DNA of 38,509 nucleotides from contig JACOYX010000018.1 of assembly GCA_016181585.1 (NCBI GenBank), positions 1-38,509 on the forward strand, in the 5' to 3' direction. Each line of letters starts with the position of its first letter. The first letter of the stretch is position 1. This stretch comes from Candidatus Sungiibacteriota bacterium (GTDB taxonomy: Bacteria > Patescibacteriota > Minisyncoccia > Sungbacterales > HO2-52-23). Under the pieces are notes generated by a model that saw nothing but the letters and a program-made list of their open reading frames with translations, did not search any database and was not told the DNA's origin. Positions 28,823-36,383 of this stretch are shown one piece after another. The position numbers and the translations under genes were made by a program.

Positions 28823-29740
28823 ATGCCCAACACATTTGATCTCCAAATTCAATCCACCGCATCCGATGGTAAACACACTCCGCGTGAGATTGTCATTATG
28901 GCAAAAGAGCTCGGGTTGCAGACGATCGCGCTTACCGACCATGATACGGTGTCGGGGATTGCCGAAGCGCTTGCGGCGGGCGCGGAATGTGGCGTGCGTG
29001 TGATTCAGGGGATCGAAATGTCGGTGGAAGAATACGGCGCGCATATTTTGGGATTTGGCGTGAATCATGAAAATGCGGATTTTTTGGCTGAATTGCAAAA
29101 ATTTAAAGAAGGCAGGCTGGAGACTGCAAAAACAATGGTGGAAAATTTGAAGCGAGCGGGATTTGCGGTGGATTGGGAAGATGTGGAGCGGGAAAAAACG
29201 GGTGAGGTGGTGGCGCGGCCTCATCTGGCGCGCGCGGTAATGAAGCGGCCGGAAAACAAAGAAAAACTATCGGGTGTCCAGTCGGTGCATGATTTTATCG
29301 AACGATTTTTGGCAAACGATAGTCCTAATTATGTAAAACGCACGGCGATTTCCGCAAAAGATGCGATTGCACTTTTGCATAGCGCCGGGGGTGCGGCGGT
29401 GTGGTCGCATCCGGCTATACATTTTAAAGGAAATTATGAAGAGCTTGAAAGTTTTTTAAAAAAGTTGATTGAGTGGGGCATCGACGGCATTGAAGTGTTT
29501 AATGCTCCGCATACGGAAGATGACGCGGAATTTTTGCAGGGTCTTGCCGTGCAGTACAATCTCTTGCGGACGGCTGGTTCGGATTTCCACGAAAAAGGCG
29601 ACCATCCTGCCGATCCTGAAACGGGCTTGCACTCCGCACGGACGCTTGGCGACTACGAAACATACGGCTTTGATACGAATGATATTGTTGAAAAATTGGA
29701 TCAGATAATGAAGCAAAAAATTGACATCTCTGGCGGTTGA
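28823..29740 (+). CDS. PHP-domain phosphoesterase (TrpH/YciV-like)
   Basis: STASDG, IALTDHDT, GIEMS, HILG, RPHLA, SHP, GSDFH. Confidence 0.92.
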   Translation: MPNTFDLQIQSTASDGKHTPREIVIMAKELGLQTIALTDHDTVSGIAEALAAGAECGVRVIQGIEMSVEEYGAHILGFGVNHENADFLAELQKFKEGRLETAKTMVENLKRAGFAVDWEDVEREKTGEVVARPHLARAVMKRPENKEKLSGVQSVHDFIERFLANDSPNYVKRTAISAKDAIALLHSAGGAAVWSHPAIHFKGNYEELESFLKKLIEWGIDGIEVFNAPHTEDDAEFLQGLAVQYNLLRTAGSDFHEKGDHPADPETGLHSARTLGDYETYGFDTNDIVEKLDQIMKQKIDISGG

Positions 29741-29781
29741 TTTTATCCTGAAGCCAGAACTTTGCTTTTTCAGGAGCCCCT

Positions 29782-30186
29782 GTGCAATACGAGGCAGAGC
29801 CAAAGACGTTGGTGGTGGTTTACGATTGGTGTATTCCCTTAAGGCAATTCCAGAAGATAATACCTCCCCGCGTTGAATTTGCGAAGCATATTTTCGCATG
29901 TTTGGCGATAAAGCAGGATTTGCTGCGGATCAATGACTACGCATTTTTTGCGCATGTGGCGGATGTTTATTGCGTCAAATATCCAAATTGCAGGATCGTG
30001 ATTATAACGCAGGATCAGAGTTTTTCAGACGAGGTGGAACGGCATAAAGCATACAAAGATGGTACTGTCGAAGTGGTGACCATCATTCCCTGCAATAGTG
30101 AAATTATGAATAATAAGCGCGCCGAAGAAGTTGCGGGGATGCTAATCAAAAAATACGCCGCAAAAAAGGCGGAAGCGGCGGTTTAA
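29782..30186 (+). CDS. Hypothetical protein, possibly a DUF5615/PIN-like fold; start uncertain
   Basis: VVYD.CIP...ND....IITQDQSF pattern; terminator at ~30219-30249. Confidence 0.5.
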   Translation: MQYEAEPKTLVVVYDWCIPLRQFQKIIPPRVEFAKHIFACLAIKQDLLRINDYAFFAHVADVYCVKYPNCRIVIITQDQSFSDEVERHKAYKDGTVEVVTIIPCNSEIMNNKRAEEVAGMLIKKYAAKKAEAAV

Positions 30187-30288
30187 CGCTTTTTTAACGT
30201 AGCGGGGACATAATTTCTAAAACCGCGCGCAATCGGCTGCGCGGTTTTTATTTTTTTATACATTGTGGTATAATATTTCATAATTTAT

Positions 30289-30963
30289 ATGAAAGAGCGG
30301 GTTACGCTAACTACGAAAGATAACTATACTCTTGCCGCAGATTTTTATCCGGTTGAAGCTTCGGAAACCGGAATTATTTTGTTGCACATGATGCCCGCGG
30401 ACAAAACAAGCTGGACTGCTTTTGCGGAGAAGCTTCAAACGCGGGGCTTCCATGCGCTTGCTGTTGATTTGCGCGGCCATGGCGAATCGCAAGATGGTCC
30501 GCAAGGATATGAGCGGTTTTCCGATGCCGAGCATCAAGATTCGTATCGCGATGTCGAGGCCGCCGCAGATTTTTTACACTCACGCGGAATAAAAAAGGTG
30601 AATCTAGCTGGCGCTTCCATTGGCGCGAATCTGGCGCTTTGGTATTTGGCGGATAATCCGGAAATTCGCTCCGCAATTTGCTTATCTCCGGGACTTAATT
30701 ATCGGGGCATCGAAACGGAGCCTTTAACGAAACGAGTGGGCAAGGAGCAAGGGGTCTATTTTGTCGGATCGAGCGAAGACGAGAGGTCTTCAGGAATTTC
30801 GGCGGCTCTTGCCGCCGAACGCCTTTACGAATTGTGCACAGGGGGAAAAGCATTGAAAATTTTTGACGGCGCGGGGCATGGCACAGTCATGCTTGAGCGG
30901 AATCAGGATTTCATGGATATTCTTGTTGGCTGGCTAGAAAAAAGAAATAGACCTACTGCGTAA
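30289..30963 (+). CDS. Alpha/beta hydrolase
   Basis: DLRGHGES; GASIG nucleophile elbow; GAGHG catalytic His. Confidence 0.92.
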   Translation: MKERVTLTTKDNYTLAADFYPVEASETGIILLHMMPADKTSWTAFAEKLQTRGFHALAVDLRGHGESQDGPQGYERFSDAEHQDSYRDVEAAADFLHSRGIKKVNLAGASIGANLALWYLADNPEIRSAICLSPGLNYRGIETEPLTKRVGKEQGVYFVGSSEDERSSGISAALAAERLYELCTGGKALKIFDGAGHGTVMLERNQDFMDILVGWLEKRNRPTA

Positions 30964-31108
30964 AGATTTTCGTAACGAAATTTCAATTCGCGCCAAAATC
31001 GTTGAATAAATTTTGCGGCCTATCGGCTTAGATAAGCCAAGAAATTTTGAAGCGATTTTGGCCTAAATTAAGAAATTGCAGTAGAAGTATCTTTGCGCAG
31101 TAGGTCTA
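30948..31108 (+). mobile_element. Full-length palindromic MITE-like element, family A (161 bp)
   Basis: Terminal inverted repeats TAGACCTACTGCG(T/C)AAAGAT match 19/20; TA at both ends; whole element is an imperfect hairpin; further copies in window. Confidence 0.75.
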
Positions 31109-31119
31109 ATACATAAACA

Positions 31120-32562
31120 GTGAATAAAACAAATAAAAAGCGGGCGCATACTATTCTTACTCTTTTTATCTGCATAGCGCTTCTCGGAGCGATATTTTTT
31201 GTTTTTTCATTTTTTCGTATTTCGGAAAAAAAGCTTGGAGACGGTAAAGAAATGGAAATGCCTGTCGGCGAAGCGGCAAAAGAATCTTTTGTCGAATTTG
31301 CGGATGCAAAAGTTTCGGTTGCCATCGCCGATACGCCCGCACTCCGCGCGCAGGGCCTTTCCGGGGTAAAAGAATTGCCGCAAAATAGCGGACTGCTTTT
31401 TCTTTTGAACATGCCAGCTTTCCATTCGTTTTGGATGAAAGATATGCTGATACCGATTGATATCATCTGGCTTCGCGGCGGGACGGTGGTAGACGTAACG
31501 GCTCGTGCCATGCCGGAGCCCGGCAAGGCTTTACAGGATCTTACTATATATATGCCGCGAAAAGAGGCAGACACGGCGCTTGAAGTGAATGCCGGTTTTG
31601 CCGCGGCGCACGGCATCAAGGAGGGGATGACGGCACATATCGCGGTGAGGGGAGAGGAATTGAGCGCACCGCTTGAAAAAAGCGCGGCCGCGCCGGTTTC
31701 CGGTTCCGCTTTTTTTATTTCAGCATTGCGTTCGCGCGAACGCGCGGGAAACGATTTGAAAATTGAAAAAACGCTGGCGGAAACCGAGGTGTATACAAAA
31801 TATCTGATTTCGTATTTTTCTGACGGTTTGAAAATAAGCGGTATTATGAATGTGCCGAAAGGGGACGCGCCGAAAAACGGTTTCCCCGTGCTTATTTTAA
31901 ACCATGGCCTTATCGGCAAAGATATTTATTTTCCCGGCAGAGGATCAAAACGCGAGCAAGATTTTTTTGCGCGCCACGGATATGTGGTTATTCACCCCGA
32001 TTACCGCGGGCTCGGAGAATCGTCTGACGATATTTCAGCACATCATGATTTTTATGTGGGATATAGTTTGGATGTGGCGCATCTTGTGGATGCGGTAAAA
32101 GAGCGGGATTTTGATTTTATTGACGAGCGAAGAATCGGCATGTGGGGACATTCAATGGGAGGCGGCATTGCGGCGCGGGTTTTGCTCCTGCGTCCGGAAA
32201 TTCGCGCGTTTGTTTTTTTTGCTCCGATAAGCGCGGATGCCGAAGACAATTTTTATGAACTTACCAAAGAAGAAATCGCATGGCTTCGCGAAACCTACGG
32301 TCCCGCGGGGGCGCGAGTGTACCGCGAGATTTCCCCGATTACTTATTTCCATCTCGTTTCTTCGCCCGTGCAGTTGCACCATGGTACTGCGGATAAAGAT
32401 GTGCCGATTTCTTTTTCTGAAAATATGTATACTGTTTTGAAAGGTTACGGGAAATACGTTGAATTTTTTGTATACCCCAACGAGCCGCATGAATTTATCA
32501 AGGAGTGGCCGCTTGCCGCGGAGCGGTCTTTGCAGTTTTTTGATCGGTATGTGAAAGAATAA
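31120..32562 (+). CDS. Membrane-anchored DUF192 plus S9-like alpha/beta hydrolase fusion
   Basis: N-terminal TM helix; ADT...RAQGLS...FWMKDM.IPIDIIW...LEVNAG (DUF192); GHSMGG, HGTAD..VP, EPH triad. Confidence 0.9.
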   Translation: MNKTNKKRAHTILTLFICIALLGAIFFVFSFFRISEKKLGDGKEMEMPVGEAAKESFVEFADAKVSVAIADTPALRAQGLSGVKELPQNSGLLFLLNMPAFHSFWMKDMLIPIDIIWLRGGTVVDVTARAMPEPGKALQDLTIYMPRKEADTALEVNAGFAAAHGIKEGMTAHIAVRGEELSAPLEKSAAAPVSGSAFFISALRSRERAGNDLKIEKTLAETEVYTKYLISYFSDGLKISGIMNVPKGDAPKNGFPVLILNHGLIGKDIYFPGRGSKREQDFFARHGYVVIHPDYRGLGESSDDISAHHDFYVGYSLDVAHLVDAVKERDFDFIDERRIGMWGHSMGGGIAARVLLLRPEIRAFVFFAPISADAEDNFYELTKEEIAWLRETYGPAGARVYREISPITYFHLVSSPVQLHHGTADKDVPISFSENMYTVLKGYGKYVEFFVYPNEPHEFIKEWPLAAERSLQFFDRYVKE

Positions 32563-32596
32563 TCTCACTTAGCGGTGAAACCGCTAAGTGAACTAT

Positions 32597-32649
32597 TAGA
32601 CCTGCTGCGTAAAGATTTTCGTGACGAAAATATTTACGCAGCAGGTCTA
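32597..32649. repeat. Family A mini-element (53-bp palindrome)
   Basis: TAGACCTGCTGCGTAAAGATTTTCGT-G-ACGAAAATATTTACGCAGCAGGTCTA. Confidence 0.9.
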
Positions 32650-32693
32650 TTGAAATTATTTGGAAAACATAGTATGATGCTTTCATACTATTT

Positions 32694-33518
32694 ATGAACG
32701 ACGCACGAGACACATTGGTTATAGACCTCGAAACGAAGAAATCGTTTGCGGAGGTTGGGGGCGAGCGCAATATCCGCGAACTCGGGATTTCTGTTGCCGG
32801 AGTATATTCTTATCTAAAGGATAAATTTTTTGCATTTGAAGAGCATGAACTTGCCGAGGTGGAGACTATGCTAAAAACCACGGATCACGTGATCGGTTTT
32901 AATATCAACCATTTCGATATTCCGGTGCTGATGCCTTACTTAAAAGAAGTTACTTTCGACACGATCGCCGTCACGGATATGTTCGCGGATGCGGTGGAAT
33001 TTTTGGGACATCGTGTGGGATTGAATGCGCTTGCGCAGGCCACGCTTAATGCCGCAAAATCCGGCAACGGGCTTGAAGCGCTTGAGTGGTTTAAACAAGG
33101 GAGGATCGAGGATGTAAAGAAATATTGCATTCAAGACGTAAAAATCACCCGTGATTTATATGAATACGGAAAAAAATACGGGCATGTTTTATTTCAATCG
33201 TTTGTCGACCAAAAACAGCACTCGATTCCCGTGCGGTGGGGCTCGCATATAAAAGTGCCTGTTCGAAAAATTTTGGAAGATGCGTTTACACAAAGGGCGC
33301 GGCTTGCTATAGAATATGTGTCTTCCGCGGATGAAGAAGGTCTCGGCTTTAAAAAAGAGCGTCTGATCGATATTTATAAAATCAAAAAGGAAGAGGTGGA
33401 GGCATACTGCCACTTTCGGAAAGGCTTGAGGAACTTCCGCATTAACCGTATTCTCAAAGCGGATCCCATGGCGGAAACCTATGTGGTGCCCGCAGACGTA
33501 CAGAACTCGTTATTTTAA
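32694..33518 (+). CDS. RNase H-like (YprB/RNase_H_2, DEDD-type) exonuclease fused to a WYL domain
   Basis: DLET, GFN...FD, YC.QDV; C-terminal IEY...ER.I.....EAYCH.R...RNFRINRI. Confidence 0.85.
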   Translation: MNDARDTLVIDLETKKSFAEVGGERNIRELGISVAGVYSYLKDKFFAFEEHELAEVETMLKTTDHVIGFNINHFDIPVLMPYLKEVTFDTIAVTDMFADAVEFLGHRVGLNALAQATLNAAKSGNGLEALEWFKQGRIEDVKKYCIQDVKITRDLYEYGKKYGHVLFQSFVDQKQHSIPVRWGSHIKVPVRKILEDAFTQRARLAIEYVSSADEEGLGFKKERLIDIYKIKKEEVEAYCHFRKGLRNFRINRILKADPMAETYVVPADVQNSLF

Positions 33519-33529
33519 AAGGAGAGTGT

Positions 33530-34021
33530 ATGAGCATCGAAGAAGCAATATTTAAAAGCCAAACGTTCGGCACGCTGAAGTTTTCCGAAATGATGGACGA
33601 AACAAAGCGGTTCATCGCGCGCGATCCGGATCGTTTTTATAAAATAATTATCGGCACTGATTCAAACCCGGCAGTTCCGACGGTGCTTGTGACAGCCATT
33701 ACCATCTGGCGCGTCGGCAACGGAGCGATTCACTTTTGGACGGAATCCGAGCGGAGAATGTTTCATTCTATGCGTGAGCGCGTATGGCAGGAAGCAATTA
33801 ATTCCATCACTTTGGCGCAAGAGCTTCGCGGGCATTTGCGCGAACATTTAGGAGAAGACTTTTTCTGGGAAGGCAACGAAATCCATGTGGATATGGGCGA
33901 AAAAGGCCCGACAAAAGAATTTGTCGAAAGCGTGATCGGTATGATTAAGGGGTATGATTTTTTGCCCGTTATAAAACCCTATGCTTTCGGCGCGTCCGTT
34001 GTGGCGGACAGGCATACATAA
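33530..34021 (+). CDS. Ribonuclease H-like YkuK-family protein
   Basis: IIIGTDS, R.G.G, E...SI.LA, EIHVD.G..G.T, IKP.AFGAS.VADRHT. Confidence 0.9.
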   Translation: MSIEEAIFKSQTFGTLKFSEMMDETKRFIARDPDRFYKIIIGTDSNPAVPTVLVTAITIWRVGNGAIHFWTESERRMFHSMRERVWQEAINSITLAQELRGHLREHLGEDFFWEGNEIHVDMGEKGPTKEFVESVIGMIKGYDFLPVIKPYAFGASVVADRHT

Positions 34022-34096
34022 AACCGGAGGCTGGGGGGGGTTAGAGAATGGAAACCGGAAAAAACTTCCCAAATGGGAAGTTTTTAAAATTCTTTT

Positions 34097-34175
34097 ATGG
34101 GACTGTTGCCGAATTGCACTTTGTCGCGAAATTTCAGAAATTCGAGGCAAATACTCACACAAATTTTGCGGCCTT
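34097..34175. repeat. Partial copy of family B palindromic element
   Basis: atgggactgttgccgaatt..ttcagaaattcgaggcaaat matches the reverse complement of the right half of 35782-35934. Confidence 0.8.
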
Positions 34176-34184
34176 AACGCACGG

Positions 34185-34646
34185 CTATTTAAATTCTTCG
34201 AATGCTTTAAGTACGTCATAGCGGCTTACGACGCCGATGACGTGTTTTTTCGTATCGATAACGGGAATGGGATTTACGCGATGATGGTCTTTAAAGGCTT
34301 TCACCGCTTCTTCATAAGTGGCGTTTTCGGCAAGAGTGAGAGGATCTTTGTTCATCACATCTTCCACTTTTAGCGATGAGATTTCCTGCACTTCTTTTTG
34401 AAACTGTGATTTATCTTTTTGGAATACTTTTAGATTTTGCAGTACTGTCTGCAGAGTGGGGAGATGGATTGCGGCGCTTGAAACCATGTCATATTCGGTG
34501 AGGATGCCCACCAAAACATTCGAAGCATCAATAACGGGAACCCCGTCAAAACGATGCTCGGCAAGTATTTTGGCCGCATCGGAAATGGGTGCGTTTGGCG
34601 CGATCGATATTACCTCTTTTGTCATGATGTCTGTTACGGAAAGCAT
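34185..34646 (-). CDS. CBS-domain protein
   Basis: Two CBS repeats (V.DIMT..V...PVID...LVGILT..D; V.DVM...PVID...IGVVSR.D). Confidence 0.93.
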   Translation of the reverse strand: MLSVTDIMTKEVISIAPNAPISDAAKILAEHRFDGVPVIDASNVLVGILTEYDMVSSAAIHLPTLQTVLQNLKVFQKDKSQFQKEVQEISSLKVEDVMNKDPLTLAENATYEEAVKAFKDHHRVNPIPVIDTKKHVIGVVSRYDVLKAFEEFK

Positions 34647-34772
34647 AAGAAAAATTTTAAAATGAAAATATCAAAATGCAAATTGGCGTTTCGCGCCAAT
34701 TCGCATTTTACATCGGCATTTTTAAGGTTAAGAGCCTGCTCAAGTATACCAATCTTTCAAAATAGAGCTATA

Positions 34773-34801
34773 TTGACATATATTTAAATTTGGTGTATAA
34801 T
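34773..34801 (+). promoter_or_regulatory. Consensus sigma70 promoter
   Basis: TTGACA-17 bp-TATAAT. Confidence 0.85.
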
Positions 34802-34807
34802 TAACGT

Positions 34808-35142
34808 GTCTTTGAAATATATCATTTTTTTATATTCGGGGCTTTGAAACAGCCTTACCGACCCTCCTCGGTATGGTTTGTCTCTCTCTTTCTGGGAGTT
34901 TTTAAAGACTAAAGACATCTTGCATAATAAATTTCGTTACGAAATTTATTATGCAAGATGTCTTAGATTGGGAAGTCTTTTTGTTAGCATGAAATCAAGT
35001 AAGATATAGTTGTTCAGAAGCGGACATAAGCTTTCAGAAAGAGAGAGGCTAGGGGCCTCGAATATAAGGAAAGGATTGCTTGACGGCTTCAGCCTCCAAT
35101 TGGGGCAAAAGTAACGAACACAAAGTTCGTTGCTTTTTTTTG
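34808..35142 (+). ncRNA. Putative structured non-coding RNA, family unknown
   Basis: Perfect promoter; long-range stems 34831-45/35052-66 and 34883-900/35029-46; terminator 35107-35142; no credible ORF. Confidence 0.55.
34912..34964. repeat. 53-bp perfect palindrome, distant family A mini-element
   Basis: AAGACATCTTGCATAATAAATTTCGT-T-ACGAAATTTATTATGCAAGATGTCTT; same length and centre as 32597-32649. Confidence 0.85.
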
Positions 35143-35196
35143 GGAAGGCAACCATCCATGTTTCCCTTAATTCAGGGTTTGCTGTATAATGAACGC

Positions 35197-35595
35197 ATGG
35201 AAAACCTGACGGAAAATAACCCTATTATACTTCTTGTCGAAGATGACAAGTTTTTGCGAAATATCATATCCCAAAAATTAACGCAGGCGGGTTTCCGCGT
35301 GGAAGAGGCGGTAGACGGCAAAGAAGCGCTCAAGAAAGTGGAATCCAAGGCTCCGAAGCTTGTACTGCTTGATCTTCTGCTTCCAGAAATAGACGGATTT
35401 GCGGTCTTGAAGCGTCTTCAAGAAAATAATGATCTCAAAAAAATTCCAGTCATTGTTTTAAGCAATCTCGGCCAAGACGAAGATGTGCGGAAGGCCAAAG
35501 AACTTGGCGCCAAGGACTACATGGTAAAAGCCTATTTTACTCCAACCGAAGTAATCGAGCGCGTGCAAAAAATTCTCCGCGAAGTGTATTTTTAA
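35197..35595 (+). CDS. Single-domain response regulator (receiver)
   Basis: ILLVEDD, LLDLLLP.IDG, LSN, DYMVK; TATAAT 6 nt before the ATG (leaderless-like). Confidence 0.93.
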   Translation: MENLTENNPIILLVEDDKFLRNIISQKLTQAGFRVEEAVDGKEALKKVESKAPKLVLLDLLLPEIDGFAVLKRLQENNDLKKIPVIVLSNLGQDEDVRKAKELGAKDYMVKAYFTPTEVIERVQKILREVYF

Positions 35596-35695
35596 TTCGT
35601 TTGTGCGTGGTATAAAATTATGATACGGTTTCCGTGGGCTGATGCCCGCGGTTTTTTATTATTAGGGAGCAAGTCTATCGGGACAGTTTCATCTT

Positions 35696-35767
35696 GTCCC
35701 CGTAGCTCAATGGACAGAGCGCAGGCCTCCGAAGCCTGAGATTGAGGTTCGATTCCTCATGGGGACA
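35696..35767 (+). tRNA. tRNA-Arg (CCG)
   Basis: Cloverleaf with GTCCCCG/TGGGGAC acceptor stem, D arm GCTC..GAGC, anticodon loop CTCCGAA and TTCGATT T loop; CCA not encoded. Confidence 0.95.
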
Positions 35768-35781
35768 AAAAATGAGTCATA

Positions 35782-35934
35782 ATGGGACTGTTGCCGAATT
35801 ATCTTTGGCTACAATTCCATAAATTCGGTCAAATTTTCCAAAAAATTTCTTGGCTTACCTTGCAGGTAGGCCTCGAATTTTGTTTGAAAAATTTGCCTCG
35901 AATTTCTGAAAAGATAATTTGGCAACAGTCCCAT
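35782..35934. mobile_element. Palindromic MITE-like element, family B (153 bp)
   Basis: Terminal inverted repeats ATGGGACTGTTGCC(G/A)AATTATCTTT match 24/25; partial second copy at 34097. Confidence 0.7.
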
Positions 35935-36032
35935 AATAGCACAAATTTGAGTGTGCGCACGGAGCGCAAAAACTCTCTGTGGAAAAGTCTTTTTATGAGT
36001 TCTTTACAAAAAGGTGTACTATAAAAGCACAT

Positions 36033-36332
36033 ATGCATAAACATTTGTTGAAACATTCAAAATGGTATGTAGGCGGGGTTATTGTTTTTGTTTTGGCTGT
36101 TTTATTTTTTTTGAATCAATTAGTAACGCGGCCAGCGGGTAATGATAAAGATGGCACTCTATTAACCGAAGACTTGCTTCTTAAACAAGATATGGAGTTG
36201 TTAAGCGCTTTTAGCGCCGCCCATAGCGAAGCCGTAAATAACCAGGACGAACAGGTGGTTCTTAAACAGGAAATGGAATCTTTAAAAAATTTTGAAAGGA
36301 CCAATCAGGATTCTTTATTTCAGGAAAAATAA
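36033..36332 (+). CDS. Small single-pass membrane protein
   Basis: N-terminal TM helix; internal repeat LLKQDME / VLKQEME. Confidence 0.65.
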   Translation: MHKHLLKHSKWYVGGVIVFVLAVLFFLNQLVTRPAGNDKDGTLLTEDLLLKQDMELLSAFSAAHSEAVNNQDEQVVLKQEMESLKNFERTNQDSLFQEK

Positions 36333-36383
36333 ATTTAACAAAAATAAGTATTCTTTTAAATAGGTTTTTAATTATTCATTTTT

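Noticed and set aside
31068-31919. 283-aa antisense ORF and other shadow ORFs such as 7474-8046 and 28721-29224
   Set aside because: They overlap well-supported genes on the opposite strand and show no recognisable motifs
35080-35196. N-terminal extension of the response regulator (similarly 9070, 22427, 27000 and 28778 starts)
   Set aside because: The extensions start at weak codons, cross terminators, promoters or other genes, and precede the domain start
35782-36056. 80-aa and 75-aa ORFs after the tRNA
   Set aside because: They arise from the palindromic repeat element
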